This document shows, piece after piece, positions 1 through 10,329 of a stretch of DNA of 64,000 nt. The position numbers and the translations under genes are program-made. The notes under the pieces were generated by a model. That model was not told where the DNA came from. It was given only the letters and a program-made list of their open reading frames with translations, and did no database searches. Within the stretch, counting starts at the first letter, position 1; each line of letters opens with the position of its first letter. This DNA is from an uncultured Candidatus Saccharibacteria bacterium (GTDB taxonomy: Bacteria; Patescibacteriota; Andersenbacteria; UBA10190), in the NCBI GenBank assembly GCA_964654145.1, contig CAZZHI010000001.1:9956-73955 (forward strand), written 5' to 3'.

Positions 1-168
1 ACCTGATATATATGTATGCAATAAAGAGTTCTGGTCCCCAGCGCCTGCGATACGACCCTGTATCGCAATAGCAGCTATTAGGCCAAAAAACACTATATGA
101 ACAACGGACTTCTTTGATAGAGAAGGCGTCCTAAAACGCGCTTTTCTTAATTGTCGCTTTTGTAAAAT
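1..168 (-). CDS. Partial ORF running off the window edge; basic N-terminus plus hydrophobic segment (exported/membrane protein); probable ATT start
   Basis: Manual translation ILQKRQLRKARFRTPSLSKKSVVHIVFFGLIAAIAIQGRIAGAGDQNSLLHTYISG...; AAGGAG (180-175) lies 6 nt before ATT (168-166); in-frame TAA at 174-172 blocks any upstream start. Confidence 0.55.
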   Translation of the reverse strand, partial: MLQKRQLRKARFRTPSLSKKSVVHIVFFGLIAAIAIQGRIAGAGDQNSLLHTYISG

Positions 169-250
169 ACCTTACTCCTTTTTTAGGGGCTTAAGGTTTG
201 TTTTGCATGTTTATATATCTTTGTCAGTACCCACTGACACATAGAAAGCT

Positions 251-278
251 ATTGTAGAGGAGTGGGCGGTATAGTCAA
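251..278 (-). promoter_or_regulatory. Sigma70-type promoter for the leftward ORF
   Basis: Minus strand TTGACT-16 nt-TACAAT. Confidence 0.45.
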
Positions 279-340
279 TCTTGACATTATTATACTTATG
301 TTGTTTTTAAGAATCTATCATTTATAGTACACTTGCCTCC

Positions 341-2443
341 ATGCATGGATCCCTAGCTGGCCTCAACGAGCAACAACAACAGGTCGTATTGGCCACGAAA
401 GGGCCCATATTAGTGCTTGCGGGGGCTGGATCGGGCAAAACGAGGGCATTAACGCATAGAATCGCATATCTTATAGAACAACGTATTGCAGCCCCTGAAG
501 AGATTCTCGCAGTTACCTTTACAAACAAGGCAGCTGCCGAAATGAAGCATAGAATCCGAGAATTGCTAGGCTCTTCCTTTACGGCCCCCCAGGCAGTAAG
601 CACCTTCCATAGCATGGGAGTAAAGCTTCTTCGAGAACAATCCCACTTCCACACACGGTCTCGAGGGTTCTCTATTTTGGATTCCAAAGACTCTGAAAAA
701 TTGGTCCGAAAGGCCCTCAAGGACGCAAATTACCCATTAAAAGAATGGAGCCCCACAACAATACGAGGAATGATTTCTCGCCTCAAACATGAATACGTTG
801 AAAACCCAGAGAGCCTAGGGGCGGAAAGCCCTGCGGAAGAGGTGCTGGCAGCTATTTTCCCCGTATACGAAAAAATGCTCGCAGAACACGACGCGTATGA
901 TTTTGACGACCTCTTACGCATTCCACTCCGCATTCTACGCTCTCATTCCAGCGTACGAGCGCTCTATCAGTCTCGATGGAGATTCATTTCGGTTGATGAA
1001 TACCAGGACACAAACCCAATCCAGGACGAAATTATTTCTCATCTCTTGGGGGCCGAAAAGAATATTTGCGTTGTGGGGGACGATTACCAATCCATTTATT
1101 CATGGCGAGGAGCAAGCGTAGACCACATCCTTCAATTCGAAAAACGCCACCCAGGATGCAAAACCATTCTTTTAACGCAGAACTATAGATCTACACCCAA
1201 CATCCTTGAAGCAGCAAATAGCGTTATTGCACATAATGTGGGGCAAAAACACAAAACCCTTTGGACGACCCGAAAAACAGGAAATGAAGTTTCCCTGTCA
1301 CTTCTACCCTCAGATAGAGGAGAAGCGGAATGGGTATGCAAGCAAATTCGAGACCATGTAAGGGATGGGGGATCCTTGAGCGATTGTGCCGTCCTCTATA
1401 GAACAAACGCGCAATCTCGCCTTATGGAAGAACAATTTTTAACACATAGAATGCCCTACACTATAGTAGGAGGTTTTCGGTTCTACGACAGAAAAGAAGT
1501 TAAAGATGCCCTCGCCATACTTTCTTTTTACCTATCCCCATCTTCCAGAATTCATTTCGAACGAATTGCGGATGCCCTCTTAAGCCGAGTTGGTCCAAAA
1601 ACAATAGATAGATGGGATAACGAAGCAAAGTCTGCCGGAGTGTCTATAGGGGAATATCTTGCGTACACAAACGATCGCGCAGACTTGCGAAAAATATTTG
1701 CTGCGTACCGCGAGGCAAAAGATTCTCAATATGAGCGAGTATCGGATTTGCTTCGATTCCTTATTACCAATACGGGCTACTTAGCTTCTTTAGAACATCT
1801 ACCTGACGAAAAAGATCGAACAGAAAATATAAACGAACTTTTAAACGTAGCTGCCGCATACACCACTACAGAGGCATTTTTGGAAGACACTGCACTTCTT
1901 TCCGATATAGACACGCTCAATGCAACGGATAGTAAAGTTACCTGTATGACACTCCATGCTTCAAAGGGGCTCGAATTTCCAAATGTGTTTATTATTGGGT
2001 GCGAAGAGGGCCTTTTACCGCACCAAAATAGCGTTTCTTCATCTGCGGACCTCGAGGAAGAACGACGACTTTTTTATGTCGGAATGACTCGTGCGCGAGA
2101 ACAATTAACCTTAAGCCATAGCTCATATCGCTTCCGAGGGGGAGAGATGACACCTCAAGCACCTTCTCGTTTTCTCGAGAATCTTCCACCAACCATATCT
2201 TCGTTTAAAGAGAACACTTTTAGTGCACATACACCTTTTAACAGCTTTTCTCCCACTAATGACATCGCGGACTTTCTTCACGAAGAACCAACGATGGTCC
2301 AACCAACTTCCGGATCATACGTCACTCATCCCAAATTCGGACGCGGCGTTATTATTGGAATTATGGGCGAAACCATTACCTGTGTTTTTGAAGGTCACGG
2401 AGTTAAAAATGTTCCCGCCAACTCCTGCTCAACTCAAACCTAG
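341..2443 (+). CDS. pcrA: ATP-dependent DNA helicase PcrA/UvrD
   Basis: LAGAGSGKT, VDEYQDTN, VGDDYQSIYSWRGA, QNYRST, TLHASKGLEF, EERRLFYVGMTRA; C-terminal Tudor-like HPKFGRG. Confidence 0.97.
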   Translation: MHGSLAGLNEQQQQVVLATKGPILVLAGAGSGKTRALTHRIAYLIEQRIAAPEEILAVTFTNKAAAEMKHRIRELLGSSFTAPQAVSTFHSMGVKLLREQSHFHTRSRGFSILDSKDSEKLVRKALKDANYPLKEWSPTTIRGMISRLKHEYVENPESLGAESPAEEVLAAIFPVYEKMLAEHDAYDFDDLLRIPLRILRSHSSVRALYQSRWRFISVDEYQDTNPIQDEIISHLLGAEKNICVVGDDYQSIYSWRGASVDHILQFEKRHPGCKTILLTQNYRSTPNILEAANSVIAHNVGQKHKTLWTTRKTGNEVSLSLLPSDRGEAEWVCKQIRDHVRDGGSLSDCAVLYRTNAQSRLMEEQFLTHRMPYTIVGGFRFYDRKEVKDALAILSFYLSPSSRIHFERIADALLSRVGPKTIDRWDNEAKSAGVSIGEYLAYTNDRADLRKIFAAYREAKDSQYERVSDLLRFLITNTGYLASLEHLPDEKDRTENINELLNVAAAYTTTEAFLEDTALLSDIDTLNATDSKVTCMTLHASKGLEFPNVFIIGCEEGLLPHQNSVSSSADLEEERRLFYVGMTRAREQLTLSHSSYRFRGGEMTPQAPSRFLENLPPTISSFKENTFSAHTPFNSFSPTNDIADFLHEEPTMVQPTSGSYVTHPKFGRGVIIGIMGETITCVFEGHGVKNVPANSCSTQT

Positions 2444-2520
2444 TCACACATAAAAAGCGTTCAAGATTTTTTTAAAATACTTCCCATGACACGCTTCATG
2501 AAAATAGGTACAGTTGCTGT

Positions 2521-3345
2521 ATGGTAGGGCCCTTAGTTAATCCGGAAAACTTGCAGCATTTTTTATCGTCACATAACCTTCGTGCTGCTAAGTCTCTTGG
2601 GCAAAATTTTCTTGTATGCGAAGAGGTTATTGATTCTATACTAATTGGGTTAGAAGGAGGGCCAAAAAAATTAACAGAACTTGGGCCAGGGCTTGGCACT
2701 TTGACTCAAGGTCTTATAGCTTCCGGATATACGGTACGGGGAATAGAAAAGGATGATGATTTTGTAAAAGTTTTACCAAGTGTCCTGCCTCCAAAATTAC
2801 GAGATAACCTCACGATTATTCATGGCGACTTACAGGAAACTTCTTGGGAGTGGGGCACTCCTTGGCAGCTCGTGGGCAATATACCTTACAATATTTCCGG
2901 CATGATAATTCGCCTCTTAACAAAGCTACGAGAAGTCCCGCACTCTGCTATATTTCTTATGCAAAAAGAGGTGGCACACAGGATCGCACATGATGAAAAT
3001 TCCATGAGCCTTCTTGGGCTTGCAGTTGATCTTTGGGGAAGTGCGACCATACTTCTCAACGTACCCCCTTCTTGCTTTATGCCTGCGCCCGCCGTTCACT
3101 CTGCACTCGTACAAATACGCCCTCACCAAACCATGCTTTCAACGGAAAAACGTGAGGCAATTATTGCGTGCGCAAAACCATTCTTTCAAGCAAAAAGAAA
3201 ACAAATTGGGCACACCCTAAAAACAGCCTACAAGAAAGACTCTCAAGAGATCGAGCAAATCATGAACACCCTTAAACTATCTGCATCCCTACGCCCAGAA
3301 AATCTTTCCGCACACGACTACGAGCGCCTGTGTGATATACTGTAG
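2521..3345 (+). CDS. rsmA: 16S rRNA m6,2A dimethyltransferase
   Basis: KSLGQNFL, ELGPGLGTLT, VGNIPYNIS, MQKEVA. Confidence 0.95.
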   Translation: MVGPLVNPENLQHFLSSHNLRAAKSLGQNFLVCEEVIDSILIGLEGGPKKLTELGPGLGTLTQGLIASGYTVRGIEKDDDFVKVLPSVLPPKLRDNLTIIHGDLQETSWEWGTPWQLVGNIPYNISGMIIRLLTKLREVPHSAIFLMQKEVAHRIAHDENSMSLLGLAVDLWGSATILLNVPPSCFMPAPAVHSALVQIRPHQTMLSTEKREAIIACAKPFFQAKRKQIGHTLKTAYKKDSQEIEQIMNTLKLSASLRPENLSAHDYERLCDIL

Positions 3346-3348
3346 TAC

Positions 3349-4302
3349 ATGTCTCGCCGCGTCGTTATCGGCATCCTTATTCTTCTTATCCTAGGCGTCC
3401 TCGGGGGCGCTGTTGCTCTTATTATTTCACGGTCCAGACAGCAAACCACACCTACCCCAACCCTTACACCAAGCTCCTTCCCGCAAGCATCTTCAACCCC
3501 TCAAGTAGTGCAAGACCCGACAGGGGACCCTGATGCAGACGGACTCTCAAACGCAGATGAAGCACTTTGGGGAACAAACCCATCTAACGCAGACACAGAC
3601 TCTGATGGCTACAAAGATGGAGAAGAAATTGCCGCTTCCCATAACCCAACAATTCCAAGCCCGAACGACAAGCTTCCCGAAGGGTTCCAGCCAGGCCAAA
3701 ACGTAACTCCACTTACAAGTTCAGCGCCCGCAGCTCAAGGATTTGAATCGCTATTCTCAGATTCTGTTGACGTAACAGGCGGAAATAAAAACCTTAGCCA
3801 AGAGTATGCACGATCCGTGCCAGATAATAACAAAACGCCTGTAACCCTCAATCAATTCATTGAAGCTCAAACAATTACAACAGTTCTTCCAAAAGTAAAC
3901 GACTCCGCAATTATCCCAGACCAAGCGACCCCATTAGCTTTAAATTATTATATGGCCGTAGCGGGGAACCTTGATGCAATATCTGATGAAACCCTATTAT
4001 CCCTAGCTTTAACTAATTTCCTAGATAATCAAAACGCATCTGGATTTGAAACAATTGCTATAGGAGTTAAATCTTTCCAAACGAGACTACAAGCATTGCG
4101 AGTCCCGCCACAAGCAACCCAATACCATAAGCTCTTACTTGGATATTGTGAGTTACTTGCTGGCACCCTAAATCAAATAGGAGGATATCCGAACGATCAA
4201 GTTAAAGCCCTTGTAGCATTTAGACAGTTAGACGCAATAGATAGGCAATATTATCCACTAGTAATTCAGGAACGGGCACGACTTCTTGAATTAGCACAAT
4301 AA
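3349..4302 (+). CDS. Membrane-anchored protein with TSP3-like Ca-binding repeats and a helical C-terminal domain
   Basis: N-terminal TM, T/P linker, DPDADGLSNADE...GTNPSNADTDSDGYKDGEE. Confidence 0.75.
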   Translation: MSRRVVIGILILLILGVLGGAVALIISRSRQQTTPTPTLTPSSFPQASSTPQVVQDPTGDPDADGLSNADEALWGTNPSNADTDSDGYKDGEEIAASHNPTIPSPNDKLPEGFQPGQNVTPLTSSAPAAQGFESLFSDSVDVTGGNKNLSQEYARSVPDNNKTPVTLNQFIEAQTITTVLPKVNDSAIIPDQATPLALNYYMAVAGNLDAISDETLLSLALTNFLDNQNASGFETIAIGVKSFQTRLQALRVPPQATQYHKLLLGYCELLAGTLNQIGGYPNDQVKALVAFRQLDAIDRQYYPLVIQERARLLELAQ

Positions 4303-4309
4303 CAATTAT

Positions 4310-5080
4310 ATGAATCCTACAAATAAAATTGGAATACGAATTATAGGGATAACACTTATATGCTCCATTCTTCTTATCGGAATATGGAAAGCCGTTGAGT
4401 TTGGAATTTCTGCTTACAAAGCCCCGCAAGCGACTACAACGCCTACCCCTGTTGCATTGCTCCCAGAACCAACCCAAGACCCTACTATCCAACAAGAATT
4501 ATCAACTTTTGTAGATACGGCACAAGAATCACTTACGGGGTACACAAAAAAATATGTCGACTCATTGCCAGCAGATAGCACAAAAGAACAAGTGCTGGAT
4601 CAAAAAGCATTAGAAGCTTTCGTAGATGCAAACCGTGGCCCGCTGTTACCAGAACTTCCAGCTGGCACAATCCAAACTACAAGTGCGTCAGGGAAGAAAG
4701 CAATTCAAACATACCTCGACTCCATATCTCCGGTTCAAAATAAAGAAATTGCAACCGTAACAGGAGACATGATTACCGAGGCTTTAGCAAAACAACAAAG
4801 CAACGAGGAGCTCCAAGCAATTGTTCCTATTCGTGCCTCTATTGAGAAAAATTTAGAAATATTTAAAAGCGTAAAAACACCTAAAGAATCACTCGAACTT
4901 CACACAAAACTTATTCAAGCAACCCAGTCATTACTGAGCAGCATTCAACTACTCCAAGAAATGCGAAATGATCTTGTAGGGGGTCTTATTGGGCAAAAAA
5001 ATCTTGCAGACCTAAACGGAATATTCACAGAAGTATCGAACAATATTCTTGCCCTCGAAAGTAAATACGACATCAAGTAA
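4310..5080 (+). CDS. Membrane-anchored helical protein, apparent paralog of the preceding C-terminal domain
   Basis: N-terminal TM, TTTPTP linker; KTPKESLELHTKLI...NDLVGGLIGQKNL resembles RVPPQATQYHKLLL...NDQVKALVAFRQL. Confidence 0.7.
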   Translation: MNPTNKIGIRIIGITLICSILLIGIWKAVEFGISAYKAPQATTTPTPVALLPEPTQDPTIQQELSTFVDTAQESLTGYTKKYVDSLPADSTKEQVLDQKALEAFVDANRGPLLPELPAGTIQTTSASGKKAIQTYLDSISPVQNKEIATVTGDMITEALAKQQSNEELQAIVPIRASIEKNLEIFKSVKTPKESLELHTKLIQATQSLLSSIQLLQEMRNDLVGGLIGQKNLADLNGIFTEVSNNILALESKYDIK

Positions 5081-5113
5081 AACGTGGTATAATCCTGTCA
5101 TACTTTAGGTCGT

Positions 5114-6664
5114 ATGCCTGTAACTATCTTTTATTTTTTTCGCCATACTTTTAGAGCAGTAGTTATCGCTCTTATTTTTTTCGGCATCACAGTATTTTCG
5201 CCATCTGCATACGCAGATCCGCATGCAGTATTTTATACTGACCGGGCCCAAGAACAGCTTTTTTACAACACCCTCGCTGCGCTTAATCAGGCAGATTTCG
5301 TAGAGCCAGTCTCAAATAATCAATACAGCCGTGCCGTCCTCCTTGCAAGAAGGTCCTCTACTGTAGCAAGAACAAGTCCGCAACCAGGAGATAGAACTTT
5401 TGTAGCGGAGCAAAATCCGGTTATTAATTCCACGAGAACAGATTTACCCGCAATCTTGAGCAGAGGTATAACCCTCGAAGGAAACGACCTCTGGACTGCA
5501 TACCTTATTAATCAATTCGCCCTTGAAACTACAACAAGACGATCAGAAGATGAACTTGCTCGTACACTCTGCGAACGAGGTTTGGGAAGAGTTCAGTGTA
5601 ATAGAAGACTAGGCCGCAGTCAGCAGCAGAATAAAGCATTTATAACACAACCAGCAACAGAGTCTGGAAAGCTCGATGTCGCCGTAAATTCTGCTCTTTC
5701 ATCTGGACTTGCTAGTGAAACAGCCTTGCGCCAAAAAATTGCGGATCCAAACAACACAACAAGCGACCCTGTATACCGAATACCTCGACCGAATTCTCCG
5801 GCCTTAGCCGGCCTCAATAAAAATATTCAAGGCAACCCCGACGCATTGAATTTTATGAGTATAGTAACGGGCAACGCATTAAACGATATAGAGATAGACC
5901 CTGATACCCTCGAAGAATTAACATTCGATAAAAATGGAATACCTAGCGTTCCGGAAAACACGTCTGCAAGCGAATATGTTCGCAAACTTAATCAAATATC
6001 AAGTTTGCCCTCAAAACTATATTCCGTTGGGCAAAAGGCATATCAACAAGCTGTTGCGTTTCAGCATTACACTCAAAACCCAACAGCAGTTGCAGACTAC
6101 AAGCTGGTTGCCGAATCTCCTAATGGAGATGGAGGGTTAATTGCAAACATCACAACTCCAGTAAGCGCAAAACTTGATACAATTAGCTCTCTTGCAGCCC
6201 TCCAAACAGCGGCAGCAACGAGCCAAAAAAGCGCAAACCCAGCCGCTATCGGAGACCCCGGAGATACGCGAATTATTGAGACTGACAAGGTCGCAATTCC
6301 GCCATCACCCGCACCAACCCCACCGCTCATATTTGTAACAAACCCATCATCAGGAACCCCGCAAGTTGCTGGTATTTCAACAGAGCTCTATAACTTATAT
6401 CGCGATTATTACGACAACCCTCCAGATACTGCCCTTTCGCCCAATGCAAACTTAATTAACCCCAATAGGGAAAGGGGTCTTCATGATGGATTATTAGCCC
6501 TAACGGATAATACATATCGAAAAGGAAATCTAGCAGACTCCTCCGAAATGTCATGTGCATTTTGTATTCAACTTGATCAAGTCTTAGAACGCTTCACAAT
6601 CTCGAACGTACTTTGCTCATTATTCCCTACGCTAAATGTTTGCGTAAATAATAAAACAATATGA
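5114..6664 (+). CDS. Secreted hypothetical protein in the T4SS locus
   Basis: Signal peptide ending SAYA-D; Cys pairs; ATGA overlap with next gene. Confidence 0.7.
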   Translation: MPVTIFYFFRHTFRAVVIALIFFGITVFSPSAYADPHAVFYTDRAQEQLFYNTLAALNQADFVEPVSNNQYSRAVLLARRSSTVARTSPQPGDRTFVAEQNPVINSTRTDLPAILSRGITLEGNDLWTAYLINQFALETTTRRSEDELARTLCERGLGRVQCNRRLGRSQQQNKAFITQPATESGKLDVAVNSALSSGLASETALRQKIADPNNTTSDPVYRIPRPNSPALAGLNKNIQGNPDALNFMSIVTGNALNDIEIDPDTLEELTFDKNGIPSVPENTSASEYVRKLNQISSLPSKLYSVGQKAYQQAVAFQHYTQNPTAVADYKLVAESPNGDGGLIANITTPVSAKLDTISSLAALQTAAATSQKSANPAAIGDPGDTRIIETDKVAIPPSPAPTPPLIFVTNPSSGTPQVAGISTELYNLYRDYYDNPPDTALSPNANLINPNRERGLHDGLLALTDNTYRKGNLADSSEMSCAFCIQLDQVLERFTISNVLCSLFPTLNVCVNNKTI

Positions 6665-8589
6665 AAATCACGCTCCGACATATTTCTGTATTAGGATTAT
6701 TCCTCTTACTATTTGCTGCAAATTCTGCTCATGCTGCGCCAATAACAATGTCTGGCTCCAAGGGACCCAATATTCAAATCACATCTTTTTCTAGTGCGGA
6801 ACTAACTCAAAAAGGATGTCTCCTCGTGACCGCCCAAGTAGGTGATTACAACACGTTAACATGGACATACGAAAGTACTCATGCGGGGCTTACATTTTTC
6901 ATCCCAAAAGACAACCTAGAGAAAGAGGAAATGAAATATACCGATGACGACGGCTTTGAAACGTTCCGAGATTGGTATACAAATACGTTTTCTTGCCCAC
7001 CCGACATATCGAGCAATATCATTGCAGCCGATACCGCGGCAAACAGTTCAAGCTGGTGGAACGACCCATTCGCCGCTGTTATTAATAATCTTTTTGACTT
7101 TGTTGATGCAACAATAAGCTGGCTCATGGAAGGGCTAACAAGCAAGCTATTTTTAACAATTCTTCAGCATGGCGTTTTTATTCAGAGCGATATCGTAAAA
7201 GCTGGCTGGCCTTTTATTCAGGGAATCACCAACCTTGGTTTTATTTTTGTGCTTCTCTATATAGCGCTTGCAACAACACTTCGCTTAGAGTCGGTTTCTA
7301 CTTCTGTCCAACGCTTATTACCCAAGCTTCTCATGGGAGCGCTTCTGGTAAATTTCAGCCTCGTTATTGGAGGACTCATAATCGATGCATCTCGCCTGGT
7401 TATGGCAATAGAGCTACGTTTTGTAGGAGGGGGGGAAGTTAGCGATGGCAAACTCATAAGCGAAATACTAGAACACTCGAAAACGATAGAAACCTCTAGC
7501 GCCACAATCCTAGGACAAACAAGTGAGGCAAAGGGATATGCGGGGATCGTACTTACAAGACTACAGAGCACCATCGTACGCCTTGCCCTTACATTAGGGT
7601 TATTAATTATTGCACTCAATCTCTTTGTCCGATACGTTGCACTCCTTATATTACTTATATTCTCACCCATAGCGTATCTCGCCATGGTCCTCCCGCAAAC
7701 AAAGGATTTTTCCATTAAATGGTGGAGCTATTTCATTAAATGGGTGCTCTATGGTCCGATCGTTTTATTTTTTATGATTATTATCACAAAAATAAGCACC
7801 GTTAACATTCCCGATGATGCCGGGATACTGCCACAAGTTGCTCAATTTTGCGTTGCTATAGCCTTGCTTTATGGGGGACATATCGCTGGCAAAAATGCGG
7901 CAGGGGCGGGCTCTAGTGCCGTAATGGGCTTTGCTGCAAAACATCCTCGCGCCGCCCTTGCTGTGGGAGGAGTACTTACAGGAGGGGTACTACCCGCACT
8001 TGGATTATTGGCGGCCGAGCGAGGGGCTCGTATGGCGGGAACAGGGGTTAAAAATGCTGGACGCGACATCTACAATGCAGCGGGGGCAAACCTGAAAAAT
8101 GCTCCCGTAATTAAACCTATTAGGGACTTCATGGGATATGGCCTACGAGACGACAAAGGTAACATAAAAACAGGCAAGTCTTCATGGGCTTCAGCAGGGG
8201 CAAACGCGCTTACGGAGAAATTTAATAGCTCTTTACAAAAAGATGTTACTAATATTAGAGAGCTAATGGACAATGAAACCGGACAACTTATGACTGCCCC
8301 ATCAGAAGAATTAGCACTTATGCCCTCACAGCTTAAAAAGGGTCATGTTGTAGGGGCCTTAGGTAATAATGAAAAGGAGCGGAATGCGAATATTGAAATT
8401 ATCATGAAAAGTGGATCGCAAGCACAAAGGATGGCGTTAGCACAGAACAAAGACCATATTGCTTCGCTTAGCTCAACGCAAATGGCACAACTACAGCAAA
8501 TTGTTCAAAAATCTGTGCCTGACGGAAAAGACAAGACAGCGGTTCTTGAAAGAATGATTAAAACAGTAGACGAATTAGATAAAAAATAA
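6661..8589 (+). CDS. VirB6/TrbL-like polytopic T4SS membrane protein
   Basis: GWPFIQGITNLGF, LPKLLMGALLVNFS, RYVALLILLIFSPIAYL, KWW; Gly/Ala-rich post-TM region; located upstream of prgI-virB4. Confidence 0.8.
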   Translation: MKITLRHISVLGLFLLLFAANSAHAAPITMSGSKGPNIQITSFSSAELTQKGCLLVTAQVGDYNTLTWTYESTHAGLTFFIPKDNLEKEEMKYTDDDGFETFRDWYTNTFSCPPDISSNIIAADTAANSSSWWNDPFAAVINNLFDFVDATISWLMEGLTSKLFLTILQHGVFIQSDIVKAGWPFIQGITNLGFIFVLLYIALATTLRLESVSTSVQRLLPKLLMGALLVNFSLVIGGLIIDASRLVMAIELRFVGGGEVSDGKLISEILEHSKTIETSSATILGQTSEAKGYAGIVLTRLQSTIVRLALTLGLLIIALNLFVRYVALLILLIFSPIAYLAMVLPQTKDFSIKWWSYFIKWVLYGPIVLFFMIIITKISTVNIPDDAGILPQVAQFCVAIALLYGGHIAGKNAAGAGSSAVMGFAAKHPRAALAVGGVLTGGVLPALGLLAAERGARMAGTGVKNAGRDIYNAAGANLKNAPVIKPIRDFMGYGLRDDKGNIKTGKSSWASAGANALTEKFNSSLQKDVTNIRELMDNETGQLMTAPSEELALMPSQLKKGHVVGALGNNEKERNANIEIIMKSGSQAQRMALAQNKDHIASLSSTQMAQLQQIVQKSVPDGKDKTAVLERMIKTVDELDKK

Positions 8590-8592
8590 ACC

Positions 8593-9165
8593 ATGGATAC
8601 TATCGCACTTAAGACAATCCCTATTAATTCTCTCGTTCTTATCCCAGAACAAGAACGAGGTAGTTACATTCAGAAAATATTTACTCTTCACCAAAAGATG
8701 CAACTTATGTTGTTCTCCGACGACACAGGAGCGTTTATACGGGGAATAGCAAAAACGTACAACGTAAGCCCAGAGACAGCCCCTCATATTGCGTTTGCCA
8801 TCCTGGAAATCGCAATTGGCAAAAAGACCATAGCTCAACTTCCGTCTATTCTGTCTACAGAACTCCAATTACCGATCGATACTGCGCAAAAGATGGCAAC
8901 GGAAATAGAGCATGATGTACTAGCGCCAATTAAAGCAGAGCTCAACGATCAATCCAGTCAGCAAAAGGGGAGTAGCGTGCCATCGCGTACAACTGCACAG
9001 GCAGCATCTTCTGGTATGAAAAATGTTCTTAACCTCAAAGAAATAGCCGCAAAGCCGCCCCAAACACAATTACCCCCGAAGCCCATACAGCCGTCCCTAC
9101 CCCCACGGCGCCCAGTACCTCCCAAAATGCCACCATCCCCGATAGAGCCTATTCGTTTTACATAA
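8593..9165 (+). CDS. Hypothetical cytoplasmic protein with Pro-rich C-terminus
   Basis: Intact 190-aa ORF in operon context; PPKPIQPSLPPRRPVPPKMPPSP tail. Confidence 0.65.
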   Translation: MDTIALKTIPINSLVLIPEQERGSYIQKIFTLHQKMQLMLFSDDTGAFIRGIAKTYNVSPETAPHIAFAILEIAIGKKTIAQLPSILSTELQLPIDTAQKMATEIEHDVLAPIKAELNDQSSQQKGSSVPSRTTAQAASSGMKNVLNLKEIAAKPPQTQLPPKPIQPSLPPRRPVPPKMPPSPIEPIRFT

Positions 9166-9174
9166 TTAGTACCC

Positions 9175-9621
9175 ATGCGCTTTCAAGTACCACAATTTAC
9201 CGACATTGAAGATAAAATAGTTGGTCCATTTACACTAAGACAGTTCTTAACGTACGTAGTAGCAGTTATGCTCTTGGTTCCTGTATATATTTATTCCGAC
9301 TTATCACTCTTTATTACTATCGCAATCCCAGTTCTTGGTGTTGCGGCAGTGTTTGCGCACTTAAAAATATATGGAAAAACATTCACCCAAGTGCTCTTTG
9401 CATCCATCGCATACGCTTCAAAGGGGCAATTGTATATTTGGAGGAGGCAGAAAAACCAGCCCTTTAAAATTGTTGATCCAGAATGGGATATTGCAGCAGG
9501 CAATCGCACAAATTCTGCGCTCACGCGCCCCGCATCTTCTCTTGATGCTATTGCGCAGTCACTGGAAACAACAGGAAATATAAGCAAAGAGGATATTCCA
9601 GACCCTCTCATGGTACAATAG
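9175..9621 (+). CDS. PrgI-family (VirB3-like) protein
   Basis: MRFQVPQFTDIEDKIVGPFTLRQF followed by two TMs. Confidence 0.88.
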   Translation: MRFQVPQFTDIEDKIVGPFTLRQFLTYVVAVMLLVPVYIYSDLSLFITIAIPVLGVAAVFAHLKIYGKTFTQVLFASIAYASKGQLYIWRRQKNQPFKIVDPEWDIAAGNRTNSALTRPASSLDAIAQSLETTGNISKEDIPDPLMVQ

Positions 9622-9627
9622 CAAGAT

Positions 9628-10329
9628 ATGGCGATGTTCGACATGATGGCACCTCGTTCAAAGGGGAAAGCGAGCCAAACTCTCATCAATATCTCTGAGT
9701 TACGAGATGGGATTGTTATATTAAAAGATAACACCATGCGCGCAGTGCTCATGATTTCTTCTGTAAACTTCGCACTGAAGTCTGAAGATGAGCAAAATGC
9801 TATCGTATATGCATATCAAGACTTTATTAACTCGTTAGATTTTCCAATTCAACTTACAATATCTTCCCGAAAGATGGACATCACGCCCTACCTGGAGGAG
9901 GTTAAGCACCTGCGCGACCTGCAAAAAAATGAGCTCCTTCATCTCCAGATGACGGAATATATTAACTTCGTCTCGGAACTCGTAAAAGGAAGTAATATTA
10001 TGACAAAAACATTTTTTGTAACTATTCCCTTCGCAGTAACACAAGATAAAAAAGAAGGATTCTTCTCCAGAATGACAAAAGGGGCAAAAGGAGCTGCCGG
10101 AAAGGGGAAAATGAACGATATTGAATTTGAACATAACAAAACTCAGCTTATGCATAGGGTAGAGCAGGTTGCAATTGGACTGCGAGGCATCGGGCTGCGA
10201 GTAGTGCCGCTAAAAACCCAGGAATTAATCGAGTTATTCTACAACTACTTCAACCCCTCCACCTCCCGAAACCAAAGATTGCGAAACGTAGACAAGCTCA
10301 CAGTTCAGGAAACAGATACACCCCTATGA
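9628..10329 (+). CDS. T4SS-associated protein between prgI and virB4 (VirB4 N-terminal-like)
   Basis: IVILKD...SSVNFALKSEDEQNAI...FINSLDFPIQ; ATGA overlap with virB4. Confidence 0.75.
   Translation: MAMFDMMAPRSKGKASQTLINISELRDGIVILKDNTMRAVLMISSVNFALKSEDEQNAIVYAYQDFINSLDFPIQLTISSRKMDITPYLEEVKHLRDLQKNELLHLQMTEYINFVSELVKGSNIMTKTFFVTIPFAVTQDKKEGFFSRMTKGAKGAAGKGKMNDIEFEHNKTQLMHRVEQVAIGLRGIGLRVVPLKTQELIELFYNYFNPSTSRNQRLRNVDKLTVQETDTPL

Noticed and set aside
341-2443. UvrD as part of an anti-phage system (e.g. Gabija)
   Set aside because: Full-length housekeeping PcrA with C-terminal Tudor-like domain and no adjacent nuclease
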